A stretch of 64,000 nucleotides of DNA from Candidatus Multivoradales bacterium (GCA_965248055.1 CBDFIJ010000004.1:1120001-1184000), one strand, 5' to 3'. Counted from the first letter of the stretch, positions 47,041-58,120 are shown. Notes: generated from the sequence alone by a model not told the origin. Program-made: numbers and translations.

Positions 47041-49659
47041 ATGTACAAGAACAACCGTTCGTACCGTGTCGCACTGACCGCCTTGCTGTGGCTCGCAACC
47101 CATAGTGCGGCAGCGCTCAGCCAAGAGAATGCTGCCGCTCAAGACGACGGCGCTCTTTACCTCTATGTCGACGCCTCACTGGCCCAGAGTTCGGAGATCC
47201 TTTCGCTATCGACCGCGCTGGCCGACCGATCCGATCAATTGGCAGAGATCGGCGAGGTGACTGTGGTGGTCGCTGACCCCGAGCCGCGGATTCACTTTCG
47301 TAGCAGCGACGCGCTGCAAATTCGGCAGGGGCTTTCCACCCTTGGTCTCAGAACCTTTGGTGATGGAACCATCCATCGACAACGCAAAGAGTTCGCCGAA
47401 GCTGGAGCAGCCGAAACCAGCTCCCTGCAACTTCGGCAAGCCGCTGCTGAAGCCGAAACGGAACTGCTTAGATCACGACTAGAGACCTTGGTGTTGTGGA
47501 TGTCCGACAACCCGCAGGCTGCAAACCGTGGCACCTTGCTGCTGCTGGAACCGGCAATCGGATTGTCGACGGAGAGTTTTTTTCAAGCTCGACCGCGAAC
47601 GCTGACGGTCAACCCCGAACAGATCGCTGCGGTGGCCCAACTGCACGGATGGGTCGTGGCACCTGTGGTTCCCTATTCCGACCCCAGACGAACCGTTGCC
47701 CCGATCGGTCCCTCCGCGGTCGGCGTGCGCGTCGGGATCCCTTGGCAGGGAACAGACACCAGCTTCGACCCAGAATTGATGTTGGCACCCGACCTCGAAG
47801 CGGTTCAAAGTTTGGCGACCTCGCCCGATTTTGTGATTACTTCGGAGGCGGAACTGCAACGAGTCCTGAACCAGGTCGCTCGGCCGTCCAACCTTGAAGC
47901 TTTGCCCTCACAATTTCTGAGTGAATCCCTGGCCTTGGCCCGCGAAACGATTGTCCGCGCCCGGGCAAGGACCTTCCTTTTCGGTATCGACGAAGGCGAG
48001 ATACTCCTAGAAGCGACCCTCGAACGTGTGGAAAATGGTTTCGGTATCCAGGTCGCTATTGACCCTGAAGCCTTGTTCGACGCGAGCACAAGCCACTCGG
48101 TGCATATCCTCGCCTATGACGAAAACGAGACAGCACAAATTCAAAGCTACCCGTGGCAACCCGGAGCGGAATCCTGGACTTCTCCCGACCCGGTGCCCAT
48201 GAGCGCAGAGCAAATCGTCGTTTTCGTCGGCGCCGATGACTCCTCCATTTGGGGGATGACCTTCGCCGCCGAACGTACCGCCGAACCGGTGCCGATTGCC
48301 AAGTCGGCCTCCTTGCTGTCCATCCCCGACCTCCCTGCGGCTGGTTTGACCGGTCGCCGCCAATTCGCCGTCAACGCAGCGACTGAGATTGATCGAATCG
48401 AGGTGTTGTTGGACGGCAAGAAGGTCGACAGCGACGGACGACGCCCATTCAACGCTTCGATCAATTTGGGGGCCGCAGCCATCGAGCACTCTCTGGTGGT
48501 CATCGGTTATGACGCCGACCGCAGCGAAGTGGCTCGCGACGGACGTACGCTCAATTCCGCAGCGCGCTTTAACGTCAACATCGTTTCGCCGCACAAACTG
48601 ATCGCTGGCCCGACGGACGTGGTCGCGGAAGTCAAAACACCGGGCGACCGAGCACTGCGTTCGGTCGATTTCTACTGGCAAACCCGCTACTTGGGCAGCA
48701 GCCATCAGGCTCCGCACCGCTATCGGGTTCTGGTCCCGCTAAACAGCGAAGAGAACGGCTACGTGCGAGTGGTGGCGACCCTGGAAGACGGGCGCATCGC
48801 TGAAGACATCTTGCTCGCTGGACGGCAAAATTTCTCTTCTCAGGTGACCGTCGAGTTGATGGAACTGTACGTTGTAGTTACCGGCAAAGATGAGCGACCG
48901 GTGCGCAACCTCGGTGAAGGTGCTTTTGAAATTACCGAGAACGATCAGGCACAGGAAATCGAACATTTCCGCGTCGCTGGGGATCTGCCGCTCACTGTCG
49001 GGCTGGCGATTGATTCATCTTTGTCTCTATTTCGCAAGTTGCCAGACGTGCAAAAAGCAGCGAAGGGGTTCGTTCGCAATCTGGTCTCCAACCGCGATCG
49101 GGCGTTCCTGGTCGGCTTCGGCAACCATCCGCGCCTGGAACATCCCCCGACCTGGAATCTGGATGGTGTGATTGGCGGCATCGATCGCCTGGAGCCGTCC
49201 GGCAACACCGCAGTCTGGGAGGCGGTGAATCTTTCGCTCGATCAACTCCGTTCGGTAAGTGGTCGCCGCGCTTTGGTGGTTTTCTATGACGGCGATGATG
49301 AAGACCTTTCCTTCCCTTATTCGGAGACTTTGGAGAAGGCTCGCGACAGCCAACTGCCGATCTATCTGGTGGTGCTCAACGATGAAGCCGCACGCACTCA
49401 GGGCAAAGGCTTCGCGGTGCGCTCGCGCATCGGTCGTTTGGAGCGGTTGGCGGCCGCCGGCGGCGGCAAAGTTTTCTACGTCCGCACCGACCAAGACCTA
49501 GAAGGCGTGTTTCAGCAGATCGGCGACGAACTGCGTTCCCATTACTTGCTCGCCTACTACCCCGAAGACCCCTCTCTCGAACCCGAATGGCGACCGGTGA
49601 GAGTGCAGGTCAAAGAATCGGGACTCAAGGCGCGCACCGTAGAAGGCTACGTCCGTTGA
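47041..49659 (+). CDS. Exported Ig-like plus VWA (Acidobacterial-type) protein
   Basis: Signal peptide; MIDAS DSSLS; ELRSHYLLAYYP. Confidence 0.88.
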   Translation: MYKNNRSYRVALTALLWLATHSAAALSQENAAAQDDGALYLYVDASLAQSSEILSLSTALADRSDQLAEIGEVTVVVADPEPRIHFRSSDALQIRQGLSTLGLRTFGDGTIHRQRKEFAEAGAAETSSLQLRQAAAEAETELLRSRLETLVLWMSDNPQAANRGTLLLLEPAIGLSTESFFQARPRTLTVNPEQIAAVAQLHGWVVAPVVPYSDPRRTVAPIGPSAVGVRVGIPWQGTDTSFDPELMLAPDLEAVQSLATSPDFVITSEAELQRVLNQVARPSNLEALPSQFLSESLALARETIVRARARTFLFGIDEGEILLEATLERVENGFGIQVAIDPEALFDASTSHSVHILAYDENETAQIQSYPWQPGAESWTSPDPVPMSAEQIVVFVGADDSSIWGMTFAAERTAEPVPIAKSASLLSIPDLPAAGLTGRRQFAVNAATEIDRIEVLLDGKKVDSDGRRPFNASINLGAAAIEHSLVVIGYDADRSEVARDGRTLNSAARFNVNIVSPHKLIAGPTDVVAEVKTPGDRALRSVDFYWQTRYLGSSHQAPHRYRVLVPLNSEENGYVRVVATLEDGRIAEDILLAGRQNFSSQVTVELMELYVVVTGKDERPVRNLGEGAFEITENDQAQEIEHFRVAGDLPLTVGLAIDSSLSLFRKLPDVQKAAKGFVRNLVSNRDRAFLVGFGNHPRLEHPPTWNLDGVIGGIDRLEPSGNTAVWEAVNLSLDQLRSVSGRRALVVFYDGDDEDLSFPYSETLEKARDSQLPIYLVVLNDEAARTQGKGFAVRSRIGRLERLAAAGGGKVFYVRTDQDLEGVFQQIGDELRSHYLLAYYPEDPSLEPEWRPVRVQVKESGLKARTVEGYVR

Positions 49660-51602
49660 GTCGATTGATCCGCGCCACCACCGGCCTCTTAGCGATCTGG
49701 TTGATCGCAGGTATAGCTCCCTCCAGCACCCGCGCGCAGGACGACCCACTCGCAAGTTCCAGAGAGCTGGCGATCGAGGCGATGTCGATGGGATCCGAGG
49801 GTCCGCTGGAAATCACCGTCGCTCTATCTTCGGTAGAACCAGAGGCGGTTGAGGTTCAACTGCGCGTTAATGGGCTTCCGGATCAGCATCGGCGTTTGAC
49901 GCTGACCGCCTGCTTTGCCTTCCTCGATATCGGCGATCGTTGCCTGAAGCCAATCCACGCCGCCAGCGACCGTTCGACCTGGGAAGCTCAATTGATCACC
50001 GACTTGCCGGATGAACCGGTGGCGGTCGGAGTACATATTGCTCTCGATCCCGGCACTGACTCCAATGCCGATCCCAATGCAAGCCCCAGCGCCAATTCCG
50101 AACAGAGCCTCTCAGGATCCGGAGCTAGTGATGCCCAGTCGGACTTATTGCTAACCCTGCATCGTCCAGAAATCTTTGACTCGCGACCTCCCCCTCCGGG
50201 CTCTCTTAGCCGAGACCCCAACCGATCGGCACGGGTCATCCGCGTGGTCTCGCCTCCCAATAGTGGGCTCAAGGGGACACAGCGATTCCGCATCCTGGTG
50301 AGTGATCCCAGGGTCACCAAGGTCGCATTCCAGTTGGATGGAGAACAAGTTTCGAGCGACGGAGCACCTCCTTTCTCCGCCCGCATCAACCTGGGTAATC
50401 AAGTCAATCCTCACTCGGTGGAGGCGATCGCCTACGATCTCCACGACAATGAGATCGGTCGCGATCAAGTGGAAGTCAATCGACGACGAATTCGCAATCG
50501 GGTACGCCTTTCGGGAACAGAGCTTAGCCCCGGCTCGCTGAGGGTCGATGCCGAGATCACCGTCAGGCCCGACGTTTCCATCGATCGGGTGCAGATCATT
50601 TTTCGTGGTCAGACCGTGGCTGATCGCAACCAACCCCCGTACAGCGCGCTGATCGACGCTAGCGATCCAGATCCCACTGACTACGTGCAGGTGATCGCAA
50701 CGCTGAGTAACGGAACCACGATCGAAGACGTCTTGCTCCTGGGCGATGGAACCATGGGTGAGCAAATCGAGGTTCATTTAACCGAACTATTTGCCGTCGC
50801 AACCGACACAGACGGGAAGATCATTGAAGACCTTGCCGTTGACTCCCTACGGCTGTCGGTGAACGGGAACTCACAAGCGATCCAGCGCTTCGCTCGGGCC
50901 GAGGAATTACCCCTCACGGTGGGGCTGGTGATCGATACCTCAGGCAGTATGTATGCCCTGATCCCAGACACACAGCAAGCCGCCGGTCGCTTCTTGAGCG
51001 GTGTTTTACGCCCCAAAGACCGGGCATTTATTGTCGACTTCGACACCCGACCACGCCTTGCCCACGAGGCCAGCGAAGATCGCCGCAGTTTGATCAATCG
51101 CCTGGCAGTGCTACGCGCTGAGGGATTCACCGCCCTTTTTGACTCCATCATCTATTCGACGTTGGAGTTTCCGATAGACGGTCGCCGCCGAGCCCTAGTG
51201 GTGCTAACCGACGGCGACGACTACAAATCGAAACTCGGTCCCGACAATGCGATCGAACACGCTTTAGCGGCCGGAGCGCCGGTCTACATCATCTCCCTGG
51301 CTGGCATTCACCAGGCTCAACAAGCGCCGAATATCCCAGCCAAGAAAATCAAAGTCGCCGAGAAACCAGACATCGAAAGGGTCGCAGAATTTACCGGTGG
51401 GCGGGTTTCTTACCTAACCAACAAGGATCAACTCCAGGCGACCTACGACCAGATCCTCCGGGAACTTACGCATCAATACCTAGTCACCTTCACCACCCCA
51501 CAAGAACTCACCGAACAAGAGCGGGACTCGATCCAATTGAACCCCACCACCAACGACGTAAAACTGCGCTTCACCGTCGGTCGCCCGGCGGAAGATGGCT
51601 AG
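49656..51602 (+). CDS. Exported Ig-like plus VWA protein (paralogue)
   Basis: MIDAS DTSGS, TALFDS, LTDGDD; TTGA overlap with the previous gene. Confidence 0.88.
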   Translation: MSRLIRATTGLLAIWLIAGIAPSSTRAQDDPLASSRELAIEAMSMGSEGPLEITVALSSVEPEAVEVQLRVNGLPDQHRRLTLTACFAFLDIGDRCLKPIHAASDRSTWEAQLITDLPDEPVAVGVHIALDPGTDSNADPNASPSANSEQSLSGSGASDAQSDLLLTLHRPEIFDSRPPPPGSLSRDPNRSARVIRVVSPPNSGLKGTQRFRILVSDPRVTKVAFQLDGEQVSSDGAPPFSARINLGNQVNPHSVEAIAYDLHDNEIGRDQVEVNRRRIRNRVRLSGTELSPGSLRVDAEITVRPDVSIDRVQIIFRGQTVADRNQPPYSALIDASDPDPTDYVQVIATLSNGTTIEDVLLLGDGTMGEQIEVHLTELFAVATDTDGKIIEDLAVDSLRLSVNGNSQAIQRFARAEELPLTVGLVIDTSGSMYALIPDTQQAAGRFLSGVLRPKDRAFIVDFDTRPRLAHEASEDRRSLINRLAVLRAEGFTALFDSIIYSTLEFPIDGRRRALVVLTDGDDYKSKLGPDNAIEHALAAGAPVYIISLAGIHQAQQAPNIPAKKIKVAEKPDIERVAEFTGGRVSYLTNKDQLQATYDQILRELTHQYLVTFTTPQELTEQERDSIQLNPTTNDVKLRFTVGRPAEDG

Positions 51603-52897
51603 CCGTCGCTGCCTGGGTACGAAGTTTCCAAGGTTGCGTGTTGGGGTTCTTCGGGTAGCAAGAACCGATCGATTTTTCGCAAGTATTGCTTCTTGTCCTC
51701 ACTAATCAACAGAACATAGGAACCTGAGTGGACCGTGATCGAAGCGTCATTCCACTCTGTGCCCAATAGCCAGCGATCGCGCTCACCGGTAGCCGGATCA
51801 ATGCGGTCTAGGTAGACGTGATCCTCTGGTCCCGACGCCACCACAACTAGGCGCGACTCCTGCGCATCCCACGCCATCGAATAAATCGCCCCCTTGAAAC
51901 CGAAAACAAACACAGAACTAGCGTTCGCCTCGGTTCCCTCGCCAACTTCGTCAACCGGAGCGGTCAAATCTTAGCCACGGGTCTCTAGAAACTCACCTAT
52001 GTCCTCTTGCATCGCTTCTGCGAACGCCTCCCGCGGATTGCTAATGCTCTCCAAGTCGTCTTTTGACTTGCCGGAAGCAGCGAGCATCTTTTTCAGGATC
52101 ACTTCCTCTGACTCCGGCTCGTCCGGAACCGCAGCATCGGTAATCGACGCGGTCGCTCTCAGGTCTCGGTTGAGCACCGAAATTCGATATCCGCTACCGG
52201 CAGCTGCATATCTGAGCCGATCATTCTGGCTCGCCAAGACCAAGTTGTCGCCCTGGAGAATTCGAGGGCCCTCTGCTTCAACTTCCTCAGTTGCTTCAAC
52301 GTCGAGGCCGGCTGCCCCAATTTCTCCTTCTTTGTCCAAACGCAAAATTCGACTGCACGGATAGTCATCATTCTCGTTCATCGGATGATCGTCCCCACAG
52401 AACACCGGACTACGGCCAAGGATCCAATCGCCTCCCGCAGCCGCTAACTCCTGCGTGATCATCGGAGTCCTGAAAGACCCGGTTCTCGCATCGCCGGCGA
52501 GATCAAAAACTTAGACCTCGAACAAAACAAGGACGCCGATCTCCCGCTCGTTGACCGCAAATGCAGAAGCACTTCGATGCCACGATTCGGCAAAACCAAA
52601 CTGCATCTTGTCTTTCTTCTCAGCCTGATCCGACACGATCTCCGCGTCAGCTAAGGGCAGTGTTTCCCCGGCTTTCTTACCGTTCTGTTCATAGAACGAA
52701 ACCACGGACGAGTCGCGATCGAAAAGGGCAAACCCCCCATCCGGAGTACTCGACAGAAGTAAGCGTCCGTGCTCGCCATCCATCCATTCGCCGACATCAG
52801 TTTCGGTAAGTTTCGCCAACTCGATCAGTGGTTGCGCAGCAACAGAAACGCCCGTAAGCCACGTCAAGACTATTGCAAGCTGTGCAATCCAACGCAT
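51599..52897 (-). pseudogene. Exported beta-rich (propeller-like) protein with two in-frame TAA stops
   Basis: Three track ORFs share one frame; stops at 52511-13 and 51971-73; the intervening codons are open. Confidence 0.8.
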
Positions 52898-53018
52898 TGT
52901 GGAATTCCTCCGACTTCTACCGTACTTCAGCCTATCTAGCTCAAGTTCCTAGCGCTTTCCACCAGGATGGTAGCACCCCCATTTTGGCAAACTCAAACAA
53001 GCGGATAGGATTTCGCCC

Positions 53019-53222
53019 ATGACTACCTACAACCGCCGCTACCGCACCATAGCCACCAACGCCATCCACGCTGGACGACCTGAACCACCGATTTCTGACG
53101 CGGTGATCACGCCGGTTTTTCAATCAGCCAATTACCTGATGGCAGATGAGACCGAGTACGAGACGGTACGCTATATCCGTCTCAACAACTCACCCAACCA
53201 TCACTCGTTGCACGCACGGTTG
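53019..53222 (+). pseudogene. Duplicated 5' 68 codons of the Cys/Met lyase gene
   Basis: Aligns with 55451-55654; 21 differences in 204 nt by manual count. Confidence 0.92.
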
Positions 53223-53272
53223 CAGCATTGGCTTGCTCGAATGAACGGCGTCAATATCCATAGGACCCTTCT

Positions 53273-54475
53273 ATGCGTTCGGTAGCCATTCTTGGCGCAG
53301 GTGTTCAGGGCATTTGTGCTGCCCTCGCATTGCAAGCGAAGGGCTGGAACGTCTCACTGGTCGAACAGGATCCAGAAGCGATGCTGCGCGCCAGCCTGAG
53401 AAACGAGGGCAAGATCCACTTGGGCTTTACTTACGCAAAAGATCCGAGTTTTCGCACTAGTCAGTTGATGTTGGAATCCGGGTTGACTTTCGCGCCCTTG
53501 ATCGATCAGTGGGTGCCACAATCAGTGGATTGGGCCGGTCTTCGATCACGGCCGTTCACCTACCTGGTGATGCAAGACTCCGATGTTGATGCCATCAGCC
53601 TGTTTCAGCACTACGAACGAATAGATCGGGTCTTTCACGAAATCGACCAGCCTTGGCATCACTACCTTGGCACCAAGCCAGACCACCTTTGGTGTCAAAC
53701 AGATCCGCTCCGAGAAGTCGCATCAGAAGCTGTACAAGCCACCGTAAAAACCGCCGAAGCGGCACTTAACCTCGCCAAGTTTCGGAGAGTGTTAATCCAA
53801 GCAATTGACGAGTCCGAACACATCTCCTGCGTTTTCAACCACCGGGTTGAATCAGTCGTGCGTCAATCCCAAGGGTTTTCTGTCGGCGGGACCAACGGTG
53901 ATGGGCAAAGTTGGCAACTTCACACTGACGCTGTGGTCAATTGTCTATGGGAAAACCGATTGAAATTTGACAATGGCTTAGGGATTAAGCCAAGCCGACC
54001 ATGGGTCTATCGATTGAAATACCGCGTCTTGGGCAAGCTACCAAAGACTCTCAAGGATCTACCCTCTCTGTCTCTTGTACTGGGTTCTTATGGAGACATC
54101 GTGCCGATGCCAGACGCGTCCTATATCTCGTGGTACCCAGCCTGTCGACGTGGCTGGGCCGAGGACCTCACTGTTCCCCAGGAGTGGCTGCAGCCCTGTC
54201 GCGGTCAAGTCGAAGCGAAGACGGCAAGTGAAATCACTTCTCAAACATATCGAGAGCTCAATAAGATCATCCCGGGAATCGCCGCTACGCGGACTACTGC
54301 GGTCGATGCGGGCGTCATCTTTTCTTGGGGGAATACCGATATCGACCACGCAAAGAGCGAGCTCCACAATCGGCATGCAATCGGAATTACGGAAAGTGAC
54401 GGTTACTTCTCGATCGACACCGGAAAACTGACCTGCGCTCCTTTGTTCGCAGCCCAACTAGCAGCGCGGATCTAG
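53273..54475 (+). CDS. FAD-dependent oxidoreductase (DAO-like)
   Basis: VAILGAGVQG Rossmann motif, ASLRNEGKIHLG, TGKLT. Confidence 0.88.
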   Translation: MRSVAILGAGVQGICAALALQAKGWNVSLVEQDPEAMLRASLRNEGKIHLGFTYAKDPSFRTSQLMLESGLTFAPLIDQWVPQSVDWAGLRSRPFTYLVMQDSDVDAISLFQHYERIDRVFHEIDQPWHHYLGTKPDHLWCQTDPLREVASEAVQATVKTAEAALNLAKFRRVLIQAIDESEHISCVFNHRVESVVRQSQGFSVGGTNGDGQSWQLHTDAVVNCLWENRLKFDNGLGIKPSRPWVYRLKYRVLGKLPKTLKDLPSLSLVLGSYGDIVPMPDASYISWYPACRRGWAEDLTVPQEWLQPCRGQVEAKTASEITSQTYRELNKIIPGIAATRTTAVDAGVIFSWGNTDIDHAKSELHNRHAIGITESDGYFSIDTGKLTCAPLFAAQLAARI

Positions 54476-54477
54476 TT

Positions 54478-55380
54478 GTGCAGGAGAACCAATATCCACT
54501 CGTCTCGATTGGCATCCCTTTGTACCGTGCTCGCCCGTTCGTCGTCCGGATTCTCGATAACATCAAAGGTATTGACTACCCCAACGTTGAATACTTGATC
54601 GCCGATCAACATTGCCTCGACGACGCGATCCAATTGTTGCGCGGGCAACTGCCCTCCAGCTCCCGAGTTCGCTTTTTCGAGACCGCCGATCAACTCCCAT
54701 GGTTCGACAACTACAGCTTCCTACTTCGAAACGCAGTTGGCCGATACTTTCGACTGCTGGCACAAGACGACTCAATGCCACCAAACTCCATCGCTCATGC
54801 GGTACGAGCGTTGGAGAGAGATCCGAGCGCGGTCGTCGCGTATGGCCCGGTACAAGTCGTTGATATCGATGGTGCGCTCATCGCTGACGATCGGCGCGCT
54901 TACGACAAGAACAAGCCTTGGTCACGTTGGCAATCTTTGGTGGTATTCGCCGGAACACGCTACGGTGGCGCTACCCACGGGATCATTCGTCGCCGCGCCT
55001 ATGCGGAAAACGACCTCTTCTTGCCACCAACTCACGCTCACACCGGACTCTCATTTCGCGTTTTGTTTTTCGCTTTGTCACTGCGAGGGCGATTTTACTA
55101 CGTGTCTCAATACATCACTGAGAGATGTGTTCACCCAGACAGCTTTACCTCAATATTTTGGAACTACCCACTCAAAGACCAAGTCTTAAAACTCTTGAGT
55201 TATTACCGCGTTGCCCTGAAATTCTGGCGCCGGTCTACCGATTCGTGGTTCGAGCGGTGGATCGCAGGACCTGTTCTGCTCTCTGCTGCAACTATAACGA
55301 TCCCCTGTCTACGCTTCATAAGTCGCCTGTCCTCCACTCGCTATACCATTGTCAATGCGAGAAAGGCTGGAAGAAACTGA
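54478..55380 (+). CDS. Glycosyltransferase family 2
   Basis: PLVSIGIPLY, GRYFRLLAQDD. Confidence 0.85.
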   Translation: MQENQYPLVSIGIPLYRARPFVVRILDNIKGIDYPNVEYLIADQHCLDDAIQLLRGQLPSSSRVRFFETADQLPWFDNYSFLLRNAVGRYFRLLAQDDSMPPNSIAHAVRALERDPSAVVAYGPVQVVDIDGALIADDRRAYDKNKPWSRWQSLVVFAGTRYGGATHGIIRRRAYAENDLFLPPTHAHTGLSFRVLFFALSLRGRFYYVSQYITERCVHPDSFTSIFWNYPLKDQVLKLLSYYRVALKFWRRSTDSWFERWIAGPVLLSAATITIPCLRFISRLSSTRYTIVNARKAGRN

Positions 55381-55450
55381 GCGCTGACTTCTCCGTCGTC
55401 GAACCCTCACCAACGGTAACCGGCTTAGCTACTACCGATACTATTTGGTG

Positions 55451-56614
55451 ATGACTACCTACAACCGCCGCTACCGCACCATAGCCACCAACGCCATCCA
55501 CGCGGGACGACCTGAACCACCGATTTCTGATGCGGTGATCACCCCAATTTTCCAATCCGCCAATTATTTGATGGCGGATGAGGCTGAGTACGAGGCAGTG
55601 CGGTATATACGGCTCAACAACTCGCCCAACCACCACTCGTTGCACGCGCGGTTGGCCGCGCTGGAAAACGGCGAGGCGGCATTGGTCACAGCCAGTGGCA
55701 TGGCGGCGATCTCGGCGGCGGTTCTTTCCATCGTCAGCCAAGGCGACCACATCCTGGCGCAGTCGACCCTCTACGGCGGCACCCAAACCTTTTTTGATCA
55801 TGACCTGCCTCGCTGGGGAGTGACCTCAACCCAAGTTGACCTAACCCGACCAGAGACCTGGGAAGCCGCGGTCTCGTCAAGCACCAAGATCTTCTACCTG
55901 GAGTCGATCTCCAACCCGTTGATGGAAGTCGGCGACTTAGAGGCTGCGGTCGCGTTCGCCAAGGAACATGGGCTCATCACGGTCATCGATAACACCTTTG
56001 CCACCCCCGTCAATTTTCGACCGATCGAGATTGGCATCGACTTAGTGATACACAGCGCCACCAAGTACTTGAACGGTCACAGCGACATCGTTGCTGGTGC
56101 GGTCATTGGCAGTCAGGAAGCCGTCACTCGGGTCAACTCGTCGTTGGTCCACCTCGGGGGTACCTTGGACCCGCACGCCGCCTTCTTGCTTGAGCGCGGC
56201 ATCAAGACCTTAGCTCTGCGCGTGCCGCAGCAGAGTTCCAACGCTCTGCAGTTGGCGGAATTTCTAGATCAACATTCAGCCGTGGAGAGGGTCCGTTACC
56301 CCGGTCTTGCGAGCGATCCCGGCCACCGGACAGCCTCTCAACTGTTTGACGGCTACGGCGGCATGCTGGGCTTCTACACAACCGACGCAGCCCGGGCGGA
56401 ATCGTTTCTCGACAAGGTCAAGATCCCAATCCACGCAGCTAGCCTGGGCGGCATTGAGTCTTTGGTGGTACGCCCCTCGCGCAGTTCGCACTTGGGCATG
56501 GACCCTGATGATCGCGAGCGACTCGGCATCACCGATGCGCTGATTCGGGTCTCGGTGGGGATCGAGGATATTGGCGAGTTGATCGAGGATTTCGATCGAG
56601 CGTTGGGAGATTAA
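55451..56614 (+). CDS. PLP-dependent Cys/Met metabolism enzyme (cystathionine gamma-synthase/lyase family)
   Basis: SGMAAI, YGGT, DNTFATP, HSATKYLNGHSD, SLGG, RVSVGIED. Confidence 0.95.
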   Translation: MTTYNRRYRTIATNAIHAGRPEPPISDAVITPIFQSANYLMADEAEYEAVRYIRLNNSPNHHSLHARLAALENGEAALVTASGMAAISAAVLSIVSQGDHILAQSTLYGGTQTFFDHDLPRWGVTSTQVDLTRPETWEAAVSSSTKIFYLESISNPLMEVGDLEAAVAFAKEHGLITVIDNTFATPVNFRPIEIGIDLVIHSATKYLNGHSDIVAGAVIGSQEAVTRVNSSLVHLGGTLDPHAAFLLERGIKTLALRVPQQSSNALQLAEFLDQHSAVERVRYPGLASDPGHRTASQLFDGYGGMLGFYTTDAARAESFLDKVKIPIHAASLGGIESLVVRPSRSSHLGMDPDDRERLGITDALIRVSVGIEDIGELIEDFDRALGD

Positions 56615-57432
56615 TACAACTGGGATCCTAACAATAAACCGATCCAGATCAGGAATGTGGCGACAGTCCAAGTCACTAAAAACTTTTCTTCGCCCAGGGA
56701 TTTCATCCGTCGACGAACCGCCCACGCCCCGACACACCAACTCACAACGGCAAGGGTCCAGACCTGAGCGCTTGAACTTGCAGATTGCGCCGCAACCCTG
56801 GCACCAGTAAGTAGGATCATCCACGCTACGAGCCCCGCTAGGGCCCCGATCGATAGCCCAACCGCAAGTTGGTCACCCACCGCCACAACCCTCTTTACCG
56901 GAGATAGAAAAACAGAGGGCACTACCCACATCACAATGAGTCCGAGCACGATCGGACCGATGCCCAGACGCAAAAGAAGTAACCCCATTATCGCCATCGG
57001 TACGATCACCACAAGAAACGCTGCAAGCCGTTCGGAGGGTGTTGGCTCAGGATCACAATCGCACTGAATACCACCCTGCACCGGGGAGAACATCCTCCGA
57101 TTCGCGGCAAAGACTCGATACGCCAGCCCAGCCAGGTGCGAGATCCCCGGAACTCCCAACAGCCAAGCAGTTATCTTCTTGCCACTCGCAACTTGCATTT
57201 CATGAATCGCTTCCATACCGCCCACAGTACGACCGCTAATCGGGTCGTGTAGCAGCATCTGTTTTTCGATTCCGGCAGCCTGCATCGTTTCAGCTTGCTC
57301 GGGCGGAAGATCTTGGAACGCGATCACTCGATGTGGGCTCGTCCATTTCCGACCCCGCAGTCGATCCGCCGCTCGGCTACAAACCGAGCAGTTTCCGTCG
57401 TAAACGATTAGTCGTTGGGAGCTCTCGGTCAT
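56611..57432 (-). CDS. DCC1-like (DUF393) thiol-disulfide oxidoreductase with C-terminal membrane domain
   Basis: YDGNCSVC, AYRVFAANR, then several TM helices. Confidence 0.82.
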   Translation of the reverse strand: MTESSQRLIVYDGNCSVCSRAADRLRGRKWTSPHRVIAFQDLPPEQAETMQAAGIEKQMLLHDPISGRTVGGMEAIHEMQVASGKKITAWLLGVPGISHLAGLAYRVFAANRRMFSPVQGGIQCDCDPEPTPSERLAAFLVVIVPMAIMGLLLLRLGIGPIVLGLIVMWVVPSVFLSPVKRVVAVGDQLAVGLSIGALAGLVAWMILLTGARVAAQSASSSAQVWTLAVVSWCVGAWAVRRRMKSLGEEKFLVTWTVATFLIWIGLLLGSQLY

Positions 57433-57477
57433 GATCTTGCTGCTATCGAGACACCATTCATCGCCGTAGATCCGCGT

Positions 57478-57945
57478 CTACTCCGCAGTTAGCAGCGTGA
57501 GCACCCGAGCCGGGTGATCTGCCGCCTTACCCACGCGCTTCCAGTGTTTCTTGACCACGCCGTCGGGTCCGATCCAGGTGGTCGAGCGGTTGACGCCAAT
57601 CTTCAGCTTGCCGTACATCATCTTTTCGCCCCAGGCTCCGTACTCGGCCATAACCTTCCTATCCGGATCAGAAAGCAGCGTGAACGGCAGCTTGTGGTTG
57701 CCGATGAATTTCTGGTGCGCGTCGCCCCCATCTGGGGACACACCCACAACTTCAGCACCCACAGCGCGAATCTCGTCCCACAGGTCGCGGAATGCGCAGG
57801 CCTCCTTAGTACAACCGGGCGTCTCATCACGAGGGTAGAAGTAGAGGATCAAATCCTTGCCGCGAAAATCGGCCAGAGAGACATCCGACCCCTCTTGATC
57901 CTGGAGCGTCCAGTCGGGGGCGGGAGTTCCTTCGGTGATTGGCAT
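57478..57945 (-). CDS. bcp: Peroxiredoxin BCP/PrxQ
   Basis: YFYPRDETPGCTKEACAFRD. Confidence 0.95.
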   Translation of the reverse strand: MPITEGTPAPDWTLQDQEGSDVSLADFRGKDLILYFYPRDETPGCTKEACAFRDLWDEIRAVGAEVVGVSPDGGDAHQKFIGNHKLPFTLLSDPDRKVMAEYGAWGEKMMYGKLKIGVNRSTTWIGPDGVVKKHWKRVGKAADHPARVLTLLTAE

Positions 57946-58063
57946 TGCACTTTCCTCTTTAGATAGGGGCCTACGAAGTGCAACTCTACGGCATCACTTG
58001 AGCCCGTGCGACGCCCTGGTTACAGAGAGGGACTCAACAACGATTTCAAGCGTACAAGGAGTT

Positions 58064-58120
58064 GACCGTAATACGGTCTATATCAACCGGATTACGGTTG
58101 CTATGGACCGCAAAGCGGTC
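58064..58120. promoter_or_regulatory. Three palindromic operators at 21-bp period
   Basis: GACCG-TAATA-CGGTC, AACCG-GATTA-CGGTT, GACCG-CAAAG-CGGTC at 58064, 58085 and 58106. Confidence 0.8.

Noticed and set aside
51971-52513. Selenocysteine recoding of in-frame stops, given the nearby selB
   Set aside because: Both stops are TAA, not TGA.
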